From an uncultured Cytophagia bacterium (GTDB taxonomy: Bacteria > Zhuqueibacterota > Zhuqueibacteria > Residuimicrobiales > Oceaniaggregativiventaceae): a DNA stretch of 37,945 nucleotides. Below the pieces are notes generated by a model. That model saw nothing but the letters and a program-made list of their open reading frames with translations. It did not search any database and was not told the origin of the DNA. Shown here piece by piece: positions 16,699 through 24,787 of the stretch. The stretch spans positions 2,481 through 40,425 of the forward strand of contig CAYNUX010000001.1 in assembly GCA_964400115.1 (NCBI GenBank), written 5' to 3'. A program made the position numbers and the translations under genes. The stretch's first letter is position 1; each line of letters opens with the position of its first letter.

Positions 16699-17703
16699 GT
16701 GAACATTTTGGTTTCCAGGCTGCGTTTTCTCGGTGATATTATTCTCACCACCCCCTTACTGAATGGATTGCGCCAGGCATACCCAGATGCCAAGATTACC
16801 TATCTGGCAGAAGAGCCATACATTCGGATACTGGATCATCATCCCGATGTAGACACGCACCTGGGGTTCGTACGCGGAAACAAAGCTCAAGAGTGGGACA
16901 CCATTCGTCATCTGATCACACGGCGTTTCGATATCGCCATAGACCTTTTCGGGAATCCCCGCTCAGCTCTGCTTACCTATTTGAGCAGCGCCAAAACAAG
17001 AATAGGGGGAGATTTTAGGATTCGAAGACACTTTTACACTCATCCTGTTTCCTCGCCTGATACCCAGACATCCTCTATAGATTTTCATCTCCAATATCTG
17101 CAACCGCTGCAAATCGAGTTCGAACGACGAGATCCCTATCTGGCCGTCAGTGACGAAGAACGTCAATGGGCGAAATCCTATCTCTATCAAAAGGGAATTT
17201 CTTTGGAAAAAAGAATCATTGGTATTCATCCCGGAGCGACCTGGCCTGCCAAGCGATGGTATCCTCAAAGATTTGCAGAATTAGCAGACAAGCTAAAAGA
17301 GTGGGGACATCAAGTCATTTTTACCATGGGGCCAAACGAACAATCACTCATAAATAAAGTCTTTACACATACGGTTGCCCGCTTTGCTCAACCCGAACTT
17401 TTAACGTTGCGGCATTTGACTGCATTGATCTCATTATGTTGTGTTTATGTTTCCAATGACTGTGGCCCTATGCACATCGGACCCGCTGTAAACACATCAA
17501 CAGTGGGAATATTCGGTCCCGGTGAACCGCACATATGGTTTCCATACTCTCGTGAAAAAGGTCATCAGCTGGTCTATCATCGTGTCGACTGCAGCCAATG
17601 TCACCAGGACTTTTGTGAAAAGCTGGACTGTATGAAAGCTATCTCTGTTCAAAAGGTCTTGGACAAGATTTCTTTTGCTCTAAATACAGGAAAGAATTCA
17701 TGA
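16699..17703 (+). CDS. glycosyltransferase family 9 (LPS heptosyltransferase-like)
   Basis: ILVSRLRFLGDIILTTP at the N-terminus and SNDCGPMHIG...GIFGP near the C-terminus. GTG start. Confidence 0.75.
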   Translation: MNILVSRLRFLGDIILTTPLLNGLRQAYPDAKITYLAEEPYIRILDHHPDVDTHLGFVRGNKAQEWDTIRHLITRRFDIAIDLFGNPRSALLTYLSSAKTRIGGDFRIRRHFYTHPVSSPDTQTSSIDFHLQYLQPLQIEFERRDPYLAVSDEERQWAKSYLYQKGISLEKRIIGIHPGATWPAKRWYPQRFAELADKLKEWGHQVIFTMGPNEQSLINKVFTHTVARFAQPELLTLRHLTALISLCCVYVSNDCGPMHIGPAVNTSTVGIFGPGEPHIWFPYSREKGHQLVYHRVDCSQCHQDFCEKLDCMKAISVQKVLDKISFALNTGKNS

Positions 17704-18194
17704 ACAAGAATCCACAAATCATCATCGATGGATATAACATGATTCTGAGAACGCAAAACAAACCTTTTGGCGATGAAAATGACATCTGGCAAGCCCGCCA
17801 GAACCTGATCGATCGACTCGCTGCCTATAAATCCCAAAAGAATGTCAATATTACTATCGTTTTTGATGGCAGTCAGGACTTTACTGAAAATCATGCCCAT
17901 CGAAGGTCTGGCATAAATATCCGTTTTGACAAAATTGCCGATTCCCTGATTAAAGAAATTGTCGACCGTGCAGTGCAGCCACGCAATGTCACGGTGGTCA
18001 CCTCTGATAGAGACCTGGCTTTTGCAGTTCGGTCACAAGGTGCCCAGACATTGGCCGTCGAAGCCTTTGAAAGAAAACTAAAAAACAGGACAAACCCCAG
18101 TCGAGAATACGATGCAAAGTATAATGCCCGGCTGTCCCCGAAAGAGGTAAATGACTGGTTAAAGTTATTCAAGGGGGATTCTGATACAAATTGA
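17700..18194 (+). CDS. YacP-like NYN-domain protein (Rae1-type predicted RNase)
   Basis: IIDGYNMI...ITIVFDG...VVTSDRDL pattern. ATGA overlap with the GT9 stop. Confidence 0.65.
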   Translation: MNKNPQIIIDGYNMILRTQNKPFGDENDIWQARQNLIDRLAAYKSQKNVNITIVFDGSQDFTENHAHRRSGINIRFDKIADSLIKEIVDRAVQPRNVTVVTSDRDLAFAVRSQGAQTLAVEAFERKLKNRTNPSREYDAKYNARLSPKEVNDWLKLFKGDSDTN

Positions 18195-18241
18195 GGTTAC
18201 ATTTCTATTTCACTTGCCATTAACCTTGACGCATTGAACGA

Positions 18242-19585
18242 ATGAATAAAACACCAAACAGTTTGCAAAAAGTCATGTTACGGCGCAAAGTCTCAGTGGC
18301 TTCCATCGTTGTCGCAACATTTTTATTTCTCGTTTTTATCAATGTAGAGAGTGCGTATATCTTGCATCGTATGGGTGCACTTTTGCAGGATTCTCTAAGT
18401 GAAAGACTACGCTCGACCGCGTTATTATCGGCAGAACTGTTAGAACGTGACCTGACCTCCTTTGACGATCCATACGAAAGCGGGCTGGCAAGAATTACTT
18501 TGGCTCATATTCGCACTGAACATCCATTGGAAGCAGCCTATATCATAGACTCTGATCGTAAAGTTTTACTTGATTCTCGTCCGGAACTAGAGTGGCAGAC
18601 CTTACGGAGTTATTTGACTCAAGACAGCATGCTGATAAGTCGGGCTCTCGAACAAGGCAATGCTGTGTCACCCCTCTATAGCATTCAGGGAAATTATTTC
18701 AAAAATGTCTATCAAAGATTAATCCCCTTGCAGGGTGAGCCGGTCATTCTGGTTCTTGAGGGCAATGCCGGTTTTTTCCGTTCTATGGAACAATTTCGGG
18801 GAGCGTTGATCATCGCAGCGATTACCAGCGGTATATTGTACCTTTTTCTCACCGGATTTTTAATCATAGCCACATCCCGCTTTCTACGAACCGAACGTCA
18901 GCTAGAACAATCAAAAAGATTGGCTTCTTTGGGCCAAATGGCAGCTACTGTTGCGCATGAAATCCGCAATCCCCTGGGTATTATTAAGAGCAGCAGTGAT
19001 ATTTTAAAAAAGAAATCGGTTCCTGCTGAACATAATGAGCTCATCCAATTTATCGATGATGAGGTACAGCGCATCAATCGATTGATTAATGATTTTTTAG
19101 CGCTTTCCAAGCAGCCAAAACTGAGCATAACGAAACAGAACCTTTCCGAACAACTCGAGTCACTTGTGTACAGTCTAAAGCAGGCCCATCCGCATATAGA
19201 ATTCAAAACAAAGATAGCTCCAGATCTTGTTGTCTATTACGATCAAGATCGCCTGCAACAGGTCTTGCTGAACATTTTACAAAACAGTATTCAGGCACTG
19301 GAGGGTAAATTCGAAAAAATCGAGATTTCGGCACATCTATTTCGAGCAAAAAGAAAACTATTTATTGCTATTAAAATTGCAGATAATGGTCCGGGGATAT
19401 CAACCCATCCCGAACAAATTTTTGAGCCATTTTACACAACAAAAGCTCGAGGAACCGGTCTGGGGCTCGCTGTGAGCAAACGCATCATTGAATCGCATCA
19501 TGGCTTTATTCGGGTTAGCAATCAAAAACCTACGGGATTATTGGTTGAACTCGAAATTCCTGCGAACAGAGAGGAGAAAAGATAA
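18242..19585 (+). CDS. sensor histidine kinase (two TM segments, periplasmic sensor region, HisKA + HATPase_c)
   Basis: H-box VAHEIRNPL, G1 DNGPGI, G2 GTGLGLAV. Confidence 0.85.
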   Translation: MNKTPNSLQKVMLRRKVSVASIVVATFLFLVFINVESAYILHRMGALLQDSLSERLRSTALLSAELLERDLTSFDDPYESGLARITLAHIRTEHPLEAAYIIDSDRKVLLDSRPELEWQTLRSYLTQDSMLISRALEQGNAVSPLYSIQGNYFKNVYQRLIPLQGEPVILVLEGNAGFFRSMEQFRGALIIAAITSGILYLFLTGFLIIATSRFLRTERQLEQSKRLASLGQMAATVAHEIRNPLGIIKSSSDILKKKSVPAEHNELIQFIDDEVQRINRLINDFLALSKQPKLSITKQNLSEQLESLVYSLKQAHPHIEFKTKIAPDLVVYYDQDRLQQVLLNILQNSIQALEGKFEKIEISAHLFRAKRKLFIAIKIADNGPGISTHPEQIFEPFYTTKARGTGLGLAVSKRIIESHHGFIRVSNQKPTGLLVELEIPANREEKR

Positions 19586-19586
19586 T

Positions 19587-20963
19587 ATGCGTGGCCGCAT
19601 TCTTGTCATCGATGATGAAAAACGTCTATGTACCCTGTTAAAAACGGCTCTGGAATCCCCGCAGCTGGCCGTTGCCACTGCAAATACCGGCGAATCCGCA
19701 TTAGCTGCTTTTGAGTTGGAAAAATTTGATATCGTCATCAGTGATATAAAAATGCCCGGACTATCAGGGCTGGATGTACTCGAACACATAAAAAAGAGTT
19801 CTCCGAAAACAGAAGTACTTCTCATGACCGCCTATGCAGAAACCCAAACCGCGGTCAAGGCAATGAAAATGGGCGCGTTTGATTATTTGATCAAACCTTT
19901 CGAAATGGATGAACTGACTCTCAAAGTAGAACAAATTTTAGAAAAACAAGCTCTCAAGCAAGAAAACCAAAATCTACGGGAACAAGTGCAACATCGATTT
20001 TCACTGGAGAACATGGTCGGAAAAAGCGGAGCCATGCAACGAGTGTATGAACTGGTGCATAAAGTAGCCAATAGTGAAACGACTGTGATTATTCGAGGAG
20101 AGAGCGGGACGGGAAAAGAGCTGATCGCCAGAGCTCTCCATTTTATGAGCAACCGTAATAAACACCCCTTTTTTACAATAAATTGTGGAGCCTTGCCAGA
20201 TAATCTACTTGAAAGCGAACTATTCGGGCACGAAAAAGGAGCGTTTACAGGTGCAGACAATGTGAAACCCGGACAATTTGAGCTGGCAAACAATGGCACC
20301 CTATTTCTGGATGAAATTGGAGAGCTTACACTCTCCACTCAGGTCAAACTGTTAAGAGTCTTACAGTCTCATGAAATTTTACGATTAGGAGGTACACGTC
20401 CTCTCAGGGTAGAGGCCAGAGTGATATCCGCAACCAACCGCCCACTTGAATCCATGGTTAAAGAAAAAACCTTCAGAGAAGATCTCTATTATCGAATCAA
20501 TGTTTTCCCAATAACCATTCCCCCTTTGCGAGAACGGTGTGATGATATTCCCGAACTCGTATCCCACTTTTTAGTCAAACAAAATCATGCGCCGGATGGT
20601 GTTCAAGCAAAAGCTTTGAATCTTTTGATGGATTATCATTGGCCCGGGAATGTACGCGAATTGGAAAATGTCGTGGAAAGAGCACTCATCCTGTCATCGG
20701 GTCAGCCCATCCAAAGCAGCGATCTCCCTCCTCACATCAGAGGCGAAGCTGAAACACCCCTTGAACACCACATGCAAGAGCAAAAATGGATGACTTTGGA
20801 TGAAATGGAAAAACGACTTATCGTTCGCGCAATGAGGGACATGCAAGGTAACAAAACGGAAGCGGCGAAACAACTGGGAATAACACGACGTCAGCTCTAT
20901 TCCAAAGTAGAAAGATTATTCCGTAACGGTTTTCACGACATTGAAAACTCTGTGGTGATTTAA
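19587..20963 (+). CDS. sigma-54-dependent response regulator (NtrC/AtoC family: REC + AAA+ + Fis HTH)
   Basis: GAGGAG lies upstream of ATG 19587. REC domain ILVIDDE...ISDIKMPG...LIKPF. GESGTGKE, EKGAFTGA and HTH AAKQLGITRRQLYSKV. Confidence 0.9.
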   Translation: MRGRILVIDDEKRLCTLLKTALESPQLAVATANTGESALAAFELEKFDIVISDIKMPGLSGLDVLEHIKKSSPKTEVLLMTAYAETQTAVKAMKMGAFDYLIKPFEMDELTLKVEQILEKQALKQENQNLREQVQHRFSLENMVGKSGAMQRVYELVHKVANSETTVIIRGESGTGKELIARALHFMSNRNKHPFFTINCGALPDNLLESELFGHEKGAFTGADNVKPGQFELANNGTLFLDEIGELTLSTQVKLLRVLQSHEILRLGGTRPLRVEARVISATNRPLESMVKEKTFREDLYYRINVFPITIPPLRERCDDIPELVSHFLVKQNHAPDGVQAKALNLLMDYHWPGNVRELENVVERALILSSGQPIQSSDLPPHIRGEAETPLEHHMQEQKWMTLDEMEKRLIVRAMRDMQGNKTEAAKQLGITRRQLYSKVERLFRNGFHDIENSVVI

Positions 20964-21023
20964 CCAGAACACCTCACCATATTTGGTTATATAGCCACCA
21001 AAACACTCTGTTGCATTCCCACC

Positions 21024-21047
21024 TCACGGAAATCCGTGGCTGTTTTT
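21024..21047 (+). terminator. weak hairpin plus T-tract after the response regulator gene
   Basis: tcacgg-aaat-ccgtgg followed by ctgttttt. The stem is short. Confidence 0.4.
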
Positions 21048-21083
21048 ATTAAACTTGCAGCTCTTAAAGATTATGCAAATTTT

Positions 21084-21098
21084 TGGCATGTCTTTTGT
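21084..21098 (+). promoter_or_regulatory. candidate sigma-54 (-24/-12) promoter upstream of the HU-like gene pair, with a -12 TTGT variant
   Basis: TGGCATGTCTTTTGT is GG-N10-GT with TGGCAT-N5-TTGT spacing. It lies about 50 nt upstream of the proposed GTG start at 21145. Confidence 0.4.
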
Positions 21099-21144
21099 AA
21101 TAAGTAAAATGAAAGCGGGTCATAAAACATTGACGGGTGAGACG

Positions 21145-21432
21145 GTGAATACGAATGAAATTGTAAAAATCTTGTCTGAACGATTGAACAAGCCTCAAAC
21201 GGAAATCAGACCGCTCCTCGACTCTACACTCAAGGTGTTAAAATCCCAGTTTGGAAAACAAAAAGCAATTACGTTTACAAATTTTGGAACCTTTATTGTA
21301 CGCAAAAGAGAGAAACGTAAATCATATAATCCATTCAAAGAGTTTTATGTAATGTTGCCTCCAAAGTTAGCGCTCGCCTTTCGTCCAAGTGCCTCACTGA
21401 AAGAGAATATGCCAAAGCGGAGGAAAGGGTGA
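21145..21432 (+). CDS. HU/IHF-family DNA-binding protein (divergent)
   Basis: From GTG 21145 the protein starts MNTNEIVKILSERL, a typical HU N-terminus, and continues FGTF.VRKR...YNP...A.FRPS..LK. The longer ORF from 21055 would run through the putative promoter. Confidence 0.6.
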   Translation: MNTNEIVKILSERLNKPQTEIRPLLDSTLKVLKSQFGKQKAITFTNFGTFIVRKREKRKSYNPFKEFYVMLPPKLALAFRPSASLKENMPKRRKG

Positions 21433-22412
21433 ATAACAAGATAACATTACAAGAACTCATAGATTTAATAGCCGAACAAACCGGCGAGACTAAACAGTTT
21501 ACCCAGGAATTCATTCATGAACTTCCGGATATCATCCAGCAAGGTTTGAAACAAGATGGCCAAGTCAATCTAAAGGGGCTTGGTATCTTAAAACTCCGAT
21601 GGGTAAAAGCCAGAATCGGCAGGAATCCTCAAACCGGTAAAGAGATACGAATTCCAGGCAGAAATCGTATCATTTATAAACCCGACAAAGATCTCAGAGA
21701 ATATGTAAATAGAAAATACGCTCATTTAAAGCCCAAAGTACTCAAACGAAAACACGCAGAGGTTGTTGATTGGGACGCAAATGATAAAGCTGAACCCAAA
21801 AAAAGAAAACAAACTCCTCTGTGGTGGGCAGCAGCAGCGCTCTTGATTATTCTCTTTGCAGCCTGGTTATTTACACAAACACCCGAAAACAAAGAGCTCA
21901 CACAAGACCGCTCTGTCACTGAACCGGCAAAAGAAAATCAGCAGGTCGAGCTCAAAGAAAGCAACACACAAATTGAAAAAGAAAAAATTGCAAAAGTTGA
22001 TGATATTGATATGCAAAAACCCCCAAAAGAATCACGGGGAACGAGCAGCGACGATCATACGGTAGAGCCTGGAGAGAGTTTATGGAGTTTGGCAGTAGAG
22101 AATTACAACAATGGATTCTATTGGCCCAATGTCTACAGAGTCAACCATGAACAAATCCCAAATCCCGATGATATCTATCCCGGACTCATCATAAGAATTC
22201 CGGCTTTTCAAGGAACCCCGACAAATCTTACGCGCCGTGATTCAGCAGATATTGCACAAGGATATTACCTGTCATATTTGGCATATAAAAAGCTGTCGTC
22301 GCCTTTTGCAGACAAATATCTCAGCGTCTCAAAAAAGTTTAATGCCCTCAACCATCTTTTTGATGGTCAAGACAAAAGGAGGGTATTGGCCCAGATAGAA
22401 AAAGGCCAATAA
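21429..22412 (+). CDS. HU/IHF-like domain - TM segment - LysM domain fusion protein
   Basis: N-terminus ITLQELIDLIAE...GLGILKLRWVKARIGRNPQTGKEIRIPGRNRIIYKP (canonical HU arm). TM segment PLWWAAAALLIILFAAWLF. C-terminal LysM-like domain HTVEPGESLWSLA...IYPGLIIRIP. The GTG start overlaps the previous stop (GTGA). Confidence 0.75.
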   Translation: MNNKITLQELIDLIAEQTGETKQFTQEFIHELPDIIQQGLKQDGQVNLKGLGILKLRWVKARIGRNPQTGKEIRIPGRNRIIYKPDKDLREYVNRKYAHLKPKVLKRKHAEVVDWDANDKAEPKKRKQTPLWWAAAALLIILFAAWLFTQTPENKELTQDRSVTEPAKENQQVELKESNTQIEKEKIAKVDDIDMQKPPKESRGTSSDDHTVEPGESLWSLAVENYNNGFYWPNVYRVNHEQIPNPDDIYPGLIIRIPAFQGTPTNLTRRDSADIAQGYYLSYLAYKKLSSPFADKYLSVSKKFNALNHLFDGQDKRRVLAQIEKGQ

Positions 22413-22476
22413 ACGGTTCCCAAATCCCCTCGTCAGGGGGGGAGCTCCCAACTCCCCCCCGTCCGTCCCCCAAGAG

Positions 22477-22498
22477 GCCCAGGCTGAAAAGCCTGGGC
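22477..22498. terminator. bidirectional hairpin terminator between convergent genes
   Basis: gcccaggct-gaaa-agcctgggc forms a 9-bp stem with a GAAA loop, followed by tttatttttt on the plus strand. Confidence 0.7.
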
Positions 22499-22499
22499 T

Positions 22500-23036
22500 T
22501 TATTTTTTGATCCATTTTAACCAACCATTCTTTTTGGGGGAAGGAGAATTATTTCCCTCAATTTTGGATGATAAAATGGGCAAAATACGCCACAGCTCAC
22601 TATTGAGCTGTTCTCTGGTGGCGCGAAAAACATCTATGCTCAATCCTACAGGATCCGCAATATCGTAATCTGTATTCTCATCAGGTGTATCTATCCCAAA
22701 TTCTCGCAAACGAAAGACTTTGGATCTTACCTGAGGATACTCTTCTTCGATAAAATCGACATGCTCTTGAGCCATAACAAGAACGATATTCATTCTATTC
22801 AGCCAATCCAAATCAATACCTTGGGAACGATGGGAGGAAAGATCGATCTGAATTTCTTGCAAAACCTGTATTGCTTGCTCAGCTGCAGGGGCCCCCACTA
22901 TTCCTAATGTACCTGCAGAATCCAATTTGACATTGTTATGCCATTCGGATGGAATAATAGACTTGAGCATATATTCGGCCATCGGGCTCCGGCATATATT
23001 TCCCGAGCACACAAAGCCAATTTGAAACTTTTTCAT
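22500..23036 (-). CDS. low-molecular-weight protein tyrosine/arginine phosphatase
   Basis: C-x5-R(S) P-loop FVCSGNICRSPMAE. GGGAGA lies upstream of the ATG. Confidence 0.8.
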   Translation of the reverse strand: MKKFQIGFVCSGNICRSPMAEYMLKSIIPSEWHNNVKLDSAGTLGIVGAPAAEQAIQVLQEIQIDLSSHRSQGIDLDWLNRMNIVLVMAQEHVDFIEEEYPQVRSKVFRLREFGIDTPDENTDYDIADPVGLSIDVFRATREQLNSELWRILPILSSKIEGNNSPSPKKNGWLKWIKK

Positions 23037-23144
23037 GTGTCGTCTCCCTGGTTTATAGCATATAAACGATATTCTTATTGAATATTGAGATTATTTTTCT
23101 TAATGTGATCTTGTAACCCAGACAAATTGTACGGAGAATTTATC

Positions 23145-24284
23145 ATGCGATATGCATTTCTTCTTTTGGCACTATTGATTGCCTGTGGTCCTAAAAAAGA
23201 GTCGATCGTCCTAAAGGATTCAAATGAGCCAAAATTGGATATCCCTTTCGAGTCTAATATTCCCGGCAAAGAGGGTGCCTTTGGCAACGAAAATTTGGAC
23301 CTGCAAGCAGCACCCGCTACATTGACTCTCGAAAATCCACGCTCACCTGACTGGAAGTGGCACGGCATCATTAAAGCCAATGCACAACAGGGTGAACAAA
23401 AAGTCACAGAAATAAACAACTCTGCATTTACCTGGAACGAAAAAGATAACGGTCAATTGTTATTGCTTCAAGGTCTGGATTCTGTCCTTGTTTATAATTA
23501 TGGGCCACAGCTTCCGCAGGACATCCCCCCTGACCGGGCCCGATCTTCATATATCCATCCTCTCTGGTCTCCTTCAGGGATTGTGATCACAGATGACTTT
23601 CCCAAAGACCATTTGCATCATCGAGGACTTTCCTGGATGTGGCCTCGCGTGGTTATCGATAAAGATACATTGGACCACTGGCATATCAAAGGAATAAAAA
23701 CACAGTTTAATCGATGGCTGGGCAAGTATTCAGGCCCCTTATGCGCAACTGTTGGTGTCGAAAATGACTGGATATATAAAGAGAATTCTGTTCTTAAAGA
23801 AATTGTATGGATAAAAGCCTTTAAACAAACAATGAATTCTCGCGCCATCGATCTGTCGCTTACACTCGAAGCGCAAAGGCCCATAACTCTTCAGGGACAA
23901 GTTGATAAAGGGTATGGGGGACTTTGTCTGCGTTTGGCTCCAAGAGATGAACCCGCCATCCTCTCACCTAAAGGATGGGAAATGGATAGCGACCTTGAAT
24001 CATTAGCCTGGACAGATCAATCCGGCCTGTTTACTTTTTCCCAACAAATGGCGGGCATTGCAATATTTCAGCATTCTGAAAATCCTGATTTTCCCGCGGG
24101 TTGGACTTTGCGTCATTATGGTTTTTTGGGCGTCGCCTGGCCAGGAATCGCCAAGGTCACTTTAGAACCGGGAAATCCTGTGCACTTGCGCTTTCGTATT
24201 TGGGTTCATGACGGTGATGCTTTTAATGCTAATGTTACCGAAGCATATCAGTATTTTTTATCCCCTCCAGAAATAACGTGGTAG
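23145..24284 (+). CDS. PmoA-like DUF6807 family lipoprotein
   Basis: Lipobox LLIAC after ATG 23145 (GGAGA lies upstream). SYIHPLWSPSG...DHLHHRGLSWMW resembles the DUF6807 signature. Confidence 0.5.
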   Translation: MRYAFLLLALLIACGPKKESIVLKDSNEPKLDIPFESNIPGKEGAFGNENLDLQAAPATLTLENPRSPDWKWHGIIKANAQQGEQKVTEINNSAFTWNEKDNGQLLLLQGLDSVLVYNYGPQLPQDIPPDRARSSYIHPLWSPSGIVITDDFPKDHLHHRGLSWMWPRVVIDKDTLDHWHIKGIKTQFNRWLGKYSGPLCATVGVENDWIYKENSVLKEIVWIKAFKQTMNSRAIDLSLTLEAQRPITLQGQVDKGYGGLCLRLAPRDEPAILSPKGWEMDSDLESLAWTDQSGLFTFSQQMAGIAIFQHSENPDFPAGWTLRHYGFLGVAWPGIAKVTLEPGNPVHLRFRIWVHDGDAFNANVTEAYQYFLSPPEITW

Positions 24285-24288
24285 TCGT

Positions 24289-24711
24289 ATGCATTTGAAA
24301 AATCGCCGAATGCGGATATCTTATATACTCTTTTTCCTTGTTCCACTAGGACTGGGTACCAAATTTTACAGCGGACCCTGGGAAAATTGGGTTCACTCGT
24401 TTGCTGGAGATATATTTTACCCGATGTTCTGGTTATTTTTGATCTTTTTCTTTAGACCGGAAATACGCATTACAAAAACTGCAGGAATGACTTTTCTTGG
24501 CTGCGTCCTGATCGAACTCACACAATTATTCTCAACACCCTGGCTGCATTTTCTCCGGTCATCCTTTATCGGACGCAGTCTGATTGGAACACATTTTGTT
24601 TTTATGGATATATTCTATTACGGTATTGGATGTATCCTCGGAGCGTTCATTTATCATTATATCAAACAATTTGAATATCAGACAAAAAATGATTATAAAT
24701 ATAACTATTAA
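24289..24711 (+). CDS. small polytopic membrane protein, DUF2809-like
   Basis: Four hydrophobic segments. The LGLGTKFYSG...AGDIFYP motif resembles DUF2809. Confidence 0.45.
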   Translation: MHLKNRRMRISYILFFLVPLGLGTKFYSGPWENWVHSFAGDIFYPMFWLFLIFFFRPEIRITKTAGMTFLGCVLIELTQLFSTPWLHFLRSSFIGRSLIGTHFVFMDIFYYGIGCILGAFIYHYIKQFEYQTKNDYKYNY

Positions 24712-24787
24712 AAGTCTTTATAAAACACATGATCATCTGTGAACTCGCTCCTGCTTTGGCCAATTTAACCAAGAAACAGGAAATGAC

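Noticed and set aside
23164-23180. TTGGCACTATTGATTGC as a sigma-54 promoter
   Set aside because: The GG-to-GC spacing is 11 rather than 10, and the site lies inside the signal-peptide coding region of the DUF6807 lipoprotein gene.
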